A DNA stretch of 64,000 nt from a virus. Its lineage: Duplodnaviria > Caudoviricetes. Numbering within the stretch: the stretch's first letter is position 1; each line of letters begins with the position of its first letter. Below are positions 9,538 through 18,701 of this stretch, in pieces. Below the pieces are notes generated by a model. The model worked only from the letters and a program-made list of their open reading frames with translations. It was not told where the DNA came from and made no database searches. Made by a program: the position numbers and the translations under genes. Location: positions 1 through 64,000 of the IMG/VR virus record IMGVR_UViG_3300014205_000014, one strand, 5' to 3'.

Positions 9538-10125
9538 ATGTCTACTCAAGATTCTATCCTCAATACGCCTACCCTGCAAGATGAAATTTGGAAACCAGTT
9601 ATTGGATACGAAGGTATCTACGAGGTTTCTAGATCGGGTTTAGTAAGAGCATTACAGGCCGTAAGGCAGCACAAACCAGGGCGGATATTAAAACCAAAGA
9701 CCACCAATATGGGGTATTTGGAAGTTGGATTGTATAAAGACCGTAAACGTCACTGGTATTTAATTCACCGTCTAGTTGCAGTTGCCTTTCTTCCCCCTCA
9801 ACCAACACCAAAGCATGAGGTTAATCACATTAATTCAAATCGTGCAGATGCACGCGCAGAGAATTTAGAATGGGTAACGAAATCAGAAAACGCTAAACAC
9901 GGGTTGAAATATGGGAACCGTAACAATCATGGCGAATACCACTCAAGGGCAAAACTTACATGGGAACAAGTCAGAGAAATTAGGGTGTTATTTTCAACCG
10001 ATCTATCTGACCAGAGTATTGGGGAAGTGTTCCATGTGAGCAGAGGAGCCATCAAGGAAATACGTCGAGGGGCAAACTGGAAAGAAGACCCGCTTACAAT
10101 AAAAGGTAAATCTGTGGTAAACTAA
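9538..10125 (+). CDS. NUMOD4-HNH homing endonuclease
   Basis: EIWKPVIGYEGIYEVS (NUMOD4); VNHINSNRADARAENLEW (HNH); paralog of 7188..7733. Confidence 0.92.
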   Translation: MSTQDSILNTPTLQDEIWKPVIGYEGIYEVSRSGLVRALQAVRQHKPGRILKPKTTNMGYLEVGLYKDRKRHWYLIHRLVAVAFLPPQPTPKHEVNHINSNRADARAENLEWVTKSENAKHGLKYGNRNNHGEYHSRAKLTWEQVREIRVLFSTDLSDQSIGEVFHVSRGAIKEIRRGANWKEDPLTIKGKSVVN

Positions 10126-10197
10126 AAACAACAGAGTTGAATATGCGTTTAGGGTATTATCATAGGCGACAGATTCCAACCAGAAGCAACAAAATCG

Positions 10198-10992
10198 GTG
10201 CGTATGTGGGGTTTCAACACGTTCAAGAACCCCGATATTCGTTACGATAAATGGGGTAAACCGCTATTCCAAGGGGAACCAGGTAAACCTGACATGGATG
10301 TTTGGGGCGGTGGTCGCTTCACAATGATCGAAGTCAAGGACGGCTACGATAGTTTTAGTTTCAACAATTTTGAGCAAAATAAACGAGAATATATAGCCAA
10401 GTATTGCACCCCTGCCCCCTACTTGGTACAGGTCTGGATTTGGTTGTCGCTGGGCAACGGCTATCCCAATTGGAAGCCGGAGAAACAGCCGCGCTTTACG
10501 TGGCTCATTCCGTATCAAGAATGGCTTAAAATGGAGGAACGAGTAAGACCTTATCAAGCCACGCTACCTTACCTCGCAGGCAGGGGATACGGACTCGAAA
10601 TGCAGGCGCAAAAACTTGATGCAGTTCACATTTTTGAGCGCTTCGTGTTACAATGGGAGAAAGGGGTGTGGCAATTGCCACACACACACCCGTTTTACAA
10701 AATGTACATCGAGGCAGAGCCAGTTCCGTTTTACCAAACAGAGGAGAACCCGCAAAATGCAAAACGATTTAACGATAACCGATCCAGAGGTTCGAGACGA
10801 GATGTCTTTGGCAATCTCGAATACAACTTCGGACTTAGACGCTGTTTTGCAGGAACTACCCCGGAAGGAACAGGCATTATATTTGCGGGACAACATGAGA
10901 GGTCTTTTAAAACTTTCAATGTTGGCTTCGCAAGGTTTACTCATCTTAATGTGGAAAGTTTTGAAGGACGGGCTATGGACTTTGCCACTTGA
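10198..10992 (+). CDS. RecU-like Holliday junction resolvase / PD-(D/E)XK nuclease; true start may be ATA at 10162
   Basis: PD...IEVK catalytic motif followed by FSFNNFEQNKREY; frame open upstream to 10153. Confidence 0.55.
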   Translation: MRMWGFNTFKNPDIRYDKWGKPLFQGEPGKPDMDVWGGGRFTMIEVKDGYDSFSFNNFEQNKREYIAKYCTPAPYLVQVWIWLSLGNGYPNWKPEKQPRFTWLIPYQEWLKMEERVRPYQATLPYLAGRGYGLEMQAQKLDAVHIFERFVLQWEKGVWQLPHTHPFYKMYIEAEPVPFYQTEENPQNAKRFNDNRSRGSRRDVFGNLEYNFGLRRCFAGTTPEGTGIIFAGQHERSFKTFNVGFARFTHLNVESFEGRAMDFAT

Positions 10993-11581
10993 GAACGGGG
11001 AGCATTATAAAGATTTACGTGAATGGGTCGATAACGAGGTTTGGGCCACCTTTCACAAGCGCAATGCGACTACTGAACTGGCTCCCCCGCTGATGCAAGA
11101 TGTGGTGCGTGTGGTCGAACGGGTATTCCCTTACGCCATGACCAGCAGTGTACGCGATGCGAATGGCACACCGATAACTCCTGAATACCTCATCAATGAA
11201 GTGGGGTTTGGCAAACTCAAGATCGTATCGAGCCAATTTATTGATACCGACAACAACGAACATCTGACTGCTGCACAAAAAGCAGAGAAGCGCGACAAAC
11301 TACTGCTTGACCTTACGCAGAAGTCAGCCCGTGAACTGCGGAAGGAATACAGCACCCCGCGCATTCCGATCATCAACTATGCGCTAAACATTGCCCCTAC
11401 CGGCGCATCCGACATCATTATGACCGGATTATCACCAACACAGGTCGAACTCATCCGTACATCCCTTGGGCGCATGGTGCAGGAACATGCGATTCACATT
11501 AGCGAAGCCGACAGGGAGGCGCTTTTTACGTTATTAACCCCTGAAATGCAAAATACCTATGAAATCGAGGGTGATGAATAA
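10757..11581 (+). CDS. Hypothetical protein
   Basis: SD GAGGAG before ATG 10757; long ORF. Confidence 0.7.
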   Translation: MQNDLTITDPEVRDEMSLAISNTTSDLDAVLQELPRKEQALYLRDNMRGLLKLSMLASQGLLILMWKVLKDGLWTLPLENGEHYKDLREWVDNEVWATFHKRNATTELAPPLMQDVVRVVERVFPYAMTSSVRDANGTPITPEYLINEVGFGKLKIVSSQFIDTDNNEHLTAAQKAEKRDKLLLDLTQKSARELRKEYSTPRIPIINYALNIAPTGASDIIMTGLSPTQVELIRTSLGRMVQEHAIHISEADREALFTLLTPEMQNTYEIEGDE

Positions 11582-11805
11582 CCTGATTTGGTAGTGAGTA
11601 ATGTCATATTGGACACCTATAAACTCGTATTATTTTTGTAACATCTCTTGGGTTCATGCAAATGATTGAAAACGTTCTCGGTGAGAAAAGGCATATCCGG
11701 CTCTGTAAAATTTACAAAATTCGTTATTTTTTCACAAATGATAGGCCGAATGGTACTTGTAACAGCTTATGATAGTAAGACTGAAAGGAGTAATATATAG
11801 ATAAG

Positions 11806-12294
11806 ATGAAAATTAAAATGAGGACATTCATAATGGGGACAACTTTAGCATCGTTATTTACAGGACTTGTTGTATACTGGATTCGCAAGAACCATACAGC
11901 AGTACCTATGGGCAATGGGTTTATGGACATGCTTGCATCATCACCGCCATTGCGATCACGAACAGATTTTGCGAATATCATTCATGCCGCCGATTACGAG
12001 AATACGAACGATCTCGATCTAGTGATGTTGGCGGAGGAAGCGGTACTCACTTTTATCAAGTCGCATATGGAAGAGGAGGACACAATCCATGTTAAATCTG
12101 AAATCTTACCTATCCTCTACAAACTCCAAGCAAGTCTCACAAACCGAGCCATACACGAAATCGCAATTGGAGGAAACGGTGCAGGGGAAAAGTCAGACGG
12201 AAATAAAGTTGAGGCAGCTTTACGCGGCGGCAGACAGTTTTTACAAAATGTTCGTAATCCATCAGGGAAACAAGCAAGCACAGCCCTTCCTTGA
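11806..12294 (+). CDS. Membrane-anchored hypothetical protein; probable start ATA 11797
   Basis: N-terminal hydrophobic helix (TLASLFTGLVVYWI); SD AAGGAG at 11785-11790. Confidence 0.6.
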   Translation: MKIKMRTFIMGTTLASLFTGLVVYWIRKNHTAVPMGNGFMDMLASSPPLRSRTDFANIIHAADYENTNDLDLVMLAEEAVLTFIKSHMEEEDTIHVKSEILPILYKLQASLTNRAIHEIAIGGNGAGEKSDGNKVEAALRGGRQFLQNVRNPSGKQASTALP

Positions 12295-12511
12295 TCTCGC
12301 TAGAACCATGCGAACCCTTGTAATTGAGTTGGGTGAAACGATTAGTAACTCGAATGACACTCAATTGCAGGAAGAATTAAGGCAGGCTCAGAAATTCTTG
12401 ATGAATGCACTTAATGATGCCGCCAAGAAAGATTTGGCTATCGAGGATCAGGCAAAGGAGATTGAACGGCTCAAGAAGCTGCTTGAATCCCCTGCCCCGT
12501 CAGCAGAATAA
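12089..12511 (+). CDS. Coiled-coil hypothetical protein
   Basis: SD GAGGAGG before ATG 12089; C-terminal heptads. Confidence 0.55.
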   Translation: MLNLKSYLSSTNSKQVSQTEPYTKSQLEETVQGKSQTEIKLRQLYAAADSFYKMFVIHQGNKQAQPFLDLARTMRTLVIELGETISNSNDTQLQEELRQAQKFLMNALNDAAKKDLAIEDQAKEIERLKKLLESPAPSAE

Positions 12512-12668
12512 CCAACCATCGCAGACGGGCTTGTACCGTTTGTACGAAACGCAGAGCCGACTATGTATATTGAGAAGGGAGTATGATATGATTGTCTCTA
12601 ACGGAAAACAAAATCGCCACGATGCTTCAACATCTGGCGAAAGAGTAAGTCTAATAAGGAGACTAACT

Positions 12669-13445
12669 ATGGATAATTCTACTCCCATTTCCCCTGTCCC
12701 ACAAGACGAGATATGGTCGCCCATTGCCAACTATGAGGGTATTTATGAAATATCTAACTTAGGGCGCATTAAACATATCAACATCCTTAACAGGGAAGAC
12801 CGCATTATTTCCCCCGAACTATCACATGGACGTTTTAGAGTGCGTCTTTACAAAAGTGGTATTCGAAAAACCTTCTGGATGAGTGATCTTTTAGGTTTGG
12901 ATACCGAAACCCGAAAAACAATTATTCCAGACTTGCCAAATGAAATTTGGAAAGATGTTGGCGGATATGAAAACATTTATCAAGTTTCCAACCTTGGGCG
13001 CGTTAAATCAAGTAAAAAGATCATTCGCGCAACAGTTAATAAGTGGGGATATGTCAACATAGGTCTTTCGAAAAATGGTGTTCAAAAGAAACACCAAGTT
13101 CACCGATTAGTCGCATTGGCGTTTCTTGGCACGCCACCTACCCCACAGCATCAGGTTAATCATATCAATTCATTTCGCAACGACAATCAAGTAATCAACC
13201 TTGAGTGGTGTACCGCGTCAGAAAATGCCATACACTCTTATGTTAACAACCACAGGGTTGTAAAAGGAAGATTTGGACAACCGCGAACAAAACTTACCCC
13301 GGAAAACGTAAATGCCATTAAGGAGATTGTGAAAAGCGGGACAAAACAAACAGAGGCAGCTAGGCTTTACGGTGTAGCAATTTCTACTGTGTGTTCCATC
13401 GTAAATGGCAAAACGCGAAACAAAATTGCAGAACCGAATCTGTAA
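12669..13445 (+). CDS. Homing endonuclease with tandem NUMOD4 domains, HNH and C-terminal HTH
   Basis: EIWSPIANYEGIYEISNLGR and EIWKDVGGYENIYQVSNLGR; VNHINSFRNDNQVINLEW; SD AAGGAG. Confidence 0.92.
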   Translation: MDNSTPISPVPQDEIWSPIANYEGIYEISNLGRIKHINILNREDRIISPELSHGRFRVRLYKSGIRKTFWMSDLLGLDTETRKTIIPDLPNEIWKDVGGYENIYQVSNLGRVKSSKKIIRATVNKWGYVNIGLSKNGVQKKHQVHRLVALAFLGTPPTPQHQVNHINSFRNDNQVINLEWCTASENAIHSYVNNHRVVKGRFGQPRTKLTPENVNAIKEIVKSGTKQTEAARLYGVAISTVCSIVNGKTRNKIAEPNL

Positions 13446-13479
13446 CTCTCATTTGCAGAACGGAACGTATTGTGATAAT

Positions 13480-13670
13480 CTGGTGAATGCAAAAGTCCTC
13501 TTGCGAGGACTGGGTTCTGAAAACGGCTTGGCTTGAGAAACCAGCCCCCCCCTGAAAATCCACCTGAGAAGTGTGGAGGGAATTTTATTTCCCAATTTCA
13601 GGACACATTTATCAACGGGAATCTTACCGCACTTGTTCTAAAAGGTCAAGTGTCGGCTTGAAACCCCTAA
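13480..13670 (+). ncRNA. Candidate structured leader or antisense-type regulatory RNA
   Basis: Several hairpins and a multibranch stem downstream of an extended -10 (TGTGATAAT); no long ORF. Confidence 0.35.
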
Positions 13671-13688
13671 AGAAAGGTTAATAGAAGG

Positions 13689-13922
13689 ATGAAAAAGTTT
13701 ATATTCAAGTCAGTGGAACATGGCGATACCGTCTATGTAGATCGTCTGGATTATAGAGCGCTCGTGAATCGTTTTCTGTTGCTTCAAGAAGTAGCAGAAG
13801 CGGCAATGGAACTTGAAAATTACACCACTAAACATCGTGTTACCGACTCGATTAAAGTGCGGCAGTTGAAACAAGCCCTCAGGAATACGCTCTCCGCTTT
13901 GCAGCAGGACGGTGTTTCATGA
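13689..13922 (+). CDS. Hypothetical protein
   Basis: 77-aa ORF. Confidence 0.6.
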   Translation: MKKFIFKSVEHGDTVYVDRLDYRALVNRFLLLQEVAEAAMELENYTTKHRVTDSIKVRQLKQALRNTLSALQQDGVS

Positions 13923-14046
13923 CACCAACCCCTTGCTATTTTTCACATTCTTGCTCTAGAATTGAGTCACTTACCAATTTTAAATGCGAAACGGCGTGTG
14001 CTAGATACACATCGCCGCTTCTAGGTCAAGACGAAAGGAACTCGCA

Positions 14047-14394
14047 ATGACCATAGTACAACCATCATACACCCCTTCCCCCGTTTCTGACAACTCGAAC
14101 CTTCCTACTCCCCCATCGCCCGATGGAACTATTTACATGCTTGCAGGCAGAAATATCTATGAAAAGTATTCACCTGCCCCGCCAAACCCTGAACATGGAT
14201 ATTTCCCATCCCTTGAATCGGTATTGCAACATGCCACTAAAAAACTTGGTTCAGCAATAGAACCGGAGTTTTTAGAAAGCTCAAATAAAACGCCCTCGTC
14301 CTTTACCGCATGGAAATTCATAGATTGGACTTACAACCCTGTCTACATCTACGTCTGGGCTATCGAACCAGCACCAGCAGGCGGTGCAGCATGA
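14047..14394 (+). CDS. Hypothetical protein with HNH-cassette-like leader
   Basis: SD AAAGGA; Pro-rich N-terminus resembling that of 2987..3508. Confidence 0.6.
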   Translation: MTIVQPSYTPSPVSDNSNLPTPPSPDGTIYMLAGRNIYEKYSPAPPNPEHGYFPSLESVLQHATKKLGSAIEPEFLESSNKTPSSFTAWKFIDWTYNPVYIYVWAIEPAPAGGAA

Positions 14395-14774
14395 ACGACC
14401 TACGCGCCTACGAATGCATGATTGAGGACGTTGAATACTACGAGTCGGTTTACGATGGCTACGGTGGGCATCTTGGCTCTATTCATCAATCGGATGACTT
14501 TTACGGTATCTACTATGCCACTAGCCCATCCAAGGCCAAACACCTGTTCATCAAGGAAAATAACCACAACTACGACCTTGGGTTGGAATACACCAGCCCG
14601 ATTAAAGTTCGGTTGCTGGCTAAAAACGTGGTGGGAATTTTTGAATATACCGGATTTGATGAGGATATTAAAGCCGATTGGGAAAATGCCGATCTGACTG
14701 CTCGTGGGCGGGAGATCGTTGCTGAATGGGAAAAAGTCAGAGCGTACTTGGCAGAAGATGTGGTGCAAGAATGA
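14391..14774 (+). CDS. Hypothetical acidic protein
   Basis: ATGA overlaps at both ends. Confidence 0.65.
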   Translation: MNDLRAYECMIEDVEYYESVYDGYGGHLGSIHQSDDFYGIYYATSPSKAKHLFIKENNHNYDLGLEYTSPIKVRLLAKNVVGIFEYTGFDEDIKADWENADLTARGREIVAEWEKVRAYLAEDVVQE

Positions 14775-15937
14775 ACGATAACACTACTGCCACCAAGTAC
14801 ATTCTGTCGATGCCATTTGACGCAAAGTTTGTCCCTATTATTCCTGAACTCGCAATGCAGATTGGCTTTTACGAAAGTATCCTGCTTCAACAAATATCCA
14901 TCTGGATAAAGAATAGCACCAACATCCATGAAGGTAAGTATTGGGCATACAAGTCGTTGCGTGATATACACGATGAAGATATACCCTATCTAAGTATTGA
15001 AAAGATTCGACGGGTAATCCAAAACCTGAAAGATCAAGGTTACATCTTAATTGGCGACTTCAATGAAAAGGGGTATGACAGAACACAATGGTTCGCATTG
15101 GAACCTGATAAATGTTCGTCATTACTAGGCGTATTCGTCAATGTTCTTAGTGAAAAGAAAGACCTGTCTACAGCAGAGACACCCCTTATTCCTCTCTCAG
15201 AAGCGGGGGGGGTGTCTACAGCAGAGACAACAATACCAGAGAGTCTAATACCTAATACAACAGATAAGAGTACTTATCTGTCAACCGCTTCGCAGGTTGA
15301 GCGAGTTTCCGATCCCGATCCGGAACCAGATGCATCAGATGACGAGCAAGTAGACCTATTCGGCACAATCCCCAAGACCGAGCCGATGCGGAATGTACAC
15401 AAGGCTGCTAAGACCATTGCCACTGCATCAGAACCGACTACGCCCTACAAGGCCATTGTTTCTCCGGTAGTGGAGGAGGACGTGGTGGTGGTCGAGCCAG
15501 CGGGAAAGCCCAAAACCAAGCGACCCCGCAAGGAAGGCGTTACTCCTGCTGAATGTATCAACCCCATGAAGGCGGCGATCATGAAATCGTTTGGGTGGTC
15601 ATGGAAGACCATCAGCAATTCCGAAAAGGGGCAAGTCTACAATGCCGCCAAGCAGCTCTGTGATTGCAACTTCCCGGTGGGCGAGATACAAGACCTGTAT
15701 GATTTTTGCGCGGGTATGTTTGATAAGTTCGGGCCTGTAGCCTTAACCGGACATCAATCGGATTATCGCAAGGAACACAGACCTCAGAATATTGCTCCTG
15801 AGCTTCTTGGTCCACAGAAAAAGGTTGTTCCAGTGGGTGTTTGGTCGATTGTGAGACAGGGATGGGACAAGGTTCGTGAATACAATATTGATTTAGCCTA
15901 TTGGGAAATCGACCCATCGAGAGTAGGAGTTGGATAA
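14771..15937 (+). CDS. Phage replication initiator (N-terminal winged helix)
   Basis: ELAMQIGFYESILLQQI...GKYWAYKS...IRRVIQNLKDQGYI...YDRTQWF, typical of phage initiators; lies upstream of primase/helicase. Confidence 0.7.
   Translation: MNDNTTATKYILSMPFDAKFVPIIPELAMQIGFYESILLQQISIWIKNSTNIHEGKYWAYKSLRDIHDEDIPYLSIEKIRRVIQNLKDQGYILIGDFNEKGYDRTQWFALEPDKCSSLLGVFVNVLSEKKDLSTAETPLIPLSEAGGVSTAETTIPESLIPNTTDKSTYLSTASQVERVSDPDPEPDASDDEQVDLFGTIPKTEPMRNVHKAAKTIATASEPTTPYKAIVSPVVEEDVVVVEPAGKPKTKRPRKEGVTPAECINPMKAAIMKSFGWSWKTISNSEKGQVYNAAKQLCDCNFPVGEIQDLYDFCAGMFDKFGPVALTGHQSDYRKEHRPQNIAPELLGPQKKVVPVGVWSIVRQGWDKVREYNIDLAYWEIDPSRVGVG
15165..15229. repeat. 17-bp direct repeat TGTCTACAGCAGAGACA x2 (candidate origin iterons)
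   Basis: Exact copies at 15165-15181 and 15213-15229 within the initiator gene. Confidence 0.55.
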
Positions 15938-16155
15938 TGAATGTGTGGATGACTGAACTATTTACAGAAGCAGAATACGAAATTGAGATTTTCGACAACA
16001 AATTATCAGTCAAGGCTTGGTGTGAAAAACATCTCAAATCAATGTCTGCTGAAACAAGGGGTGATGGTCAATGGCGTGAGTCAGACGATATGGCAATGTT
16101 CCAATTAGCCAGACGACAAACTATAGGATATTGGCTACACGAGGTTAAATCGTGA
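15937..16155 (+). CDS. Hypothetical protein
   Basis: TAATG coupling with the initiator stop. Confidence 0.55.
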   Translation: MNVWMTELFTEAEYEIEIFDNKLSVKAWCEKHLKSMSAETRGDGQWRESDDMAMFQLARRQTIGYWLHEVKS

Positions 16156-18113
16156 TCCAATTTGCAACCAAGGCCATTCAACTCATGAATCAGGGGATTA
16201 CCTGTATCCCGCACATTGGCAAGTCCCCCGCAGTAAAGGGTTGGCCTCAGATACGCAATCTCACTCAGGAACAAATTATGGAGTGGGAGAGCAAGGGATT
16301 ATGGCGCAATATCGGGCTGCTGTGCGGTGAAGCATCGGGAAACATCGTAGTCATCGACTTTGACGGGCTTGCGGGTTACGAAATGTTCAAGGAAAAGTTT
16401 CCCGAATTGGTTTATACCAAGACAGTTCTATCAGGGTCGGAATTAGGGATGCATGTCTACTTCAAGGTTGATTTGCTTCCCGATAGTTTTCAGGTGATGA
16501 AAGCTGTTGTTGATGGTGGGGAACTCATCAACGTGGAAATACGCGCTAATGGTATGGCAGTATTGATACCGCCAAGTATTCACCCGGATAGTCACAAACC
16601 ATACGTTGTAAAGATCGACTTACCCATGCTTCAAGTGCCTGATTTGGCTAAAGTGGTGGCGTGGGCAAAGAGTCTAAAACCTGAATTAGAAAAAGACTGG
16701 CAGCAACCTAAGACACCCACCACTTACAGCGGTAATCTAAACCCTAAGTTGCTAGAAGTGGTCGAGCGCCATTTCCTAGCCGTTCCGCACAAGATGAATG
16801 ACGGGTGGATTAACTGCTCGTGTCCTGACGCAACTAAGCACAAAAACGGCGATGTGCATTTCAGTTTTGGCTACAATCCCGCCATAGGATACGGAAACTG
16901 TTTTGGATGCGGTGATATGCTCCTTAAAGACATACTACCCTTAATTAGCATTGACTCGCGGGACTATGGTGGTATCTACGAACACAAGGAGCAAGAACCA
17001 CAAACGCAACTAGACCGGATGCCCACTGAACCCAAGATGGAAATTGCACAGCCGCGCATTCCACCAGCGTCTACCCCTGTCCCCACCGGCAAGGTCATCA
17101 AGGTTGTAAAGCGGTCAACGCAGCTTTCTCATTACTTCCAACGCATTAGCGACCCTGATATGAAGGTGGAAAACCCGCCTATCATCTTCCCTATCACAGC
17201 CCTGCACCGATTAGGCGGCATGGCGCAGATCATCAAGCCCGGTAAGCTGGCAGGTATCATCGGTTTATCGGGGGGCGGGAAAACGTCCCTGCTGGAAACG
17301 ATGGTAGATGGGTTTTTAGATGACCATGCTTCCTGCTTGATCTGGTCGCCGGAATGGTCAGGGGATGAGTTTGTGGAACGTGCGGTGCAGCGCTATGGTG
17401 GGCCAACCGCTTCTGAAGTGTACATGCATGAAAAGTTCATCAGTGACCAACAGCGTGGAATAAGCCCAAGCCTTGGCAAAGAACTATCATCTGAACAGAT
17501 TAAGGCTGCTTCTGCTGCGTTACGAATGTTGCGAAGTTGGGAGTCGGAAGTTGGGTATCTTGACGATCAGTTTCTTACCATTGGCGGGTTGAAAGAGTCG
17601 TTTGCGGCAACCCTTGCCTCACTGGACTTCAAACCGCAGGTATTGGTTATTGACTACTTGCAACTCTTTCACGCGCTGGAACCCAATCACTTTGTTACGC
17701 TGTATAGCATGATTATGCAGATCAAAGCATTGTGCGGTCAGTATCATATGGTTGGTGTATTGGCCTCACAGGTAACAAAAGCGGATACCAAAGCCAAGAT
17801 TAATAAGAACGAGTTACTAGATGCGTCCAGCGCTCGATATGTCAACGACGATGCATTTAACCTGTTTATTACCATCAACCCGGACATCGACAAGATCACG
17901 GGAGAGAATATGCCACACGGCGTACTCAATGTTGCAAAGAACAGTATGGGTAAAAAGGGTAAAATCCGAGTGGGTATTGATTGGCCTCATCTGTCTTTTG
18001 ATAAAGAAGCACATATGTATCAGGGCAAACTTGAGACTGCCATTGATCCAGACGAAGAGAAGGATCAGTACGATGATGAGGAAGAGAAACCCAAGCGTAG
18101 AAGAAAATCTTGA
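16152..18113 (+). CDS. Bifunctional primase-polymerase (Prim-Pol) fused to zinc finger and DnaB/RecA-like helicase
   Basis: NIGLLCG..IVVIDFDG, GMHVYF, VLIPPSIH (Prim-Pol); CSCP..H...CFGC (Zn); GLSGGGKT Walker A; LVIDYLQL Walker B; LNVAKN. Confidence 0.88.
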   Translation: MIQFATKAIQLMNQGITCIPHIGKSPAVKGWPQIRNLTQEQIMEWESKGLWRNIGLLCGEASGNIVVIDFDGLAGYEMFKEKFPELVYTKTVLSGSELGMHVYFKVDLLPDSFQVMKAVVDGGELINVEIRANGMAVLIPPSIHPDSHKPYVVKIDLPMLQVPDLAKVVAWAKSLKPELEKDWQQPKTPTTYSGNLNPKLLEVVERHFLAVPHKMNDGWINCSCPDATKHKNGDVHFSFGYNPAIGYGNCFGCGDMLLKDILPLISIDSRDYGGIYEHKEQEPQTQLDRMPTEPKMEIAQPRIPPASTPVPTGKVIKVVKRSTQLSHYFQRISDPDMKVENPPIIFPITALHRLGGMAQIIKPGKLAGIIGLSGGGKTSLLETMVDGFLDDHASCLIWSPEWSGDEFVERAVQRYGGPTASEVYMHEKFISDQQRGISPSLGKELSSEQIKAASAALRMLRSWESEVGYLDDQFLTIGGLKESFAATLASLDFKPQVLVIDYLQLFHALEPNHFVTLYSMIMQIKALCGQYHMVGVLASQVTKADTKAKINKNELLDASSARYVNDDAFNLFITINPDIDKITGENMPHGVLNVAKNSMGKKGKIRVGIDWPHLSFDKEAHMYQGKLETAIDPDEEKDQYDDEEEKPKRRRKS

Positions 18114-18163
18114 AGTTGGGAATAAGTAGCAATCCCCAACTATCGCATTTCGCACGATTGTAT

Positions 18164-18196
18164 TATAATGAGTTCTAAGAGACAGAGTTGAATATG
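18164..18196 (+). promoter_or_regulatory. Promoter (-10 TATAAT) with operator CAGAGTTGAATATG
   Basis: 23-bp identity to 4509-4531. Confidence 0.7.
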
Positions 18197-18231
18197 TGTT
18201 TGAGAATAGGTCTTATCGGAAAGGATGAAAC

Positions 18232-18654
18232 ATGATATGCCCAAAGTGCAATATTGAAATGAGACAAACTTACGAGCCATACGAGCATCGCTGCTCAAAA
18301 TGCGGCTATTGGTTTGATGACTGGACGGGTAAGGAGATCAATCCCAGTGAAGCTGCTGAGAAATACGGCAAACATCTTCAGAATCAAGAACTCACCAAAA
18401 AGGTAAACGACATCCGGCGCATTATCGAAATGAATGAGATTGTCCACATTGACACAACCACAGACGATAAATGGGTTTGGTTTAGTTTTTTCAATGATGA
18501 AAACAACCATGAGCCATACCAAATTAAGAAAATTGCACGCGATACCGTATGGAACATGGATTGGAGTCTTGCCGCGCTACTCATTATGAACGCGCCGGGT
18601 GAGCCAATTGCGAAGCCTATTGAGATAGTTAATCCATTACCTTTTGACGAATAG
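18232..18654 (+). CDS. Zinc-ribbon hypothetical protein
   Basis: CPKC...CSKC at the N-terminus. Confidence 0.7.
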   Translation: MICPKCNIEMRQTYEPYEHRCSKCGYWFDDWTGKEINPSEAAEKYGKHLQNQELTKKVNDIRRIIEMNEIVHIDTTTDDKWVWFSFFNDENNHEPYQIKKIARDTVWNMDWSLAALLIMNAPGEPIAKPIEIVNPLPFDE

Positions 18655-18701
18655 GTTCGCACCGCAGAATAAAGATTGTCAGTAGCAAGAGGGAGGAACA
18701 A

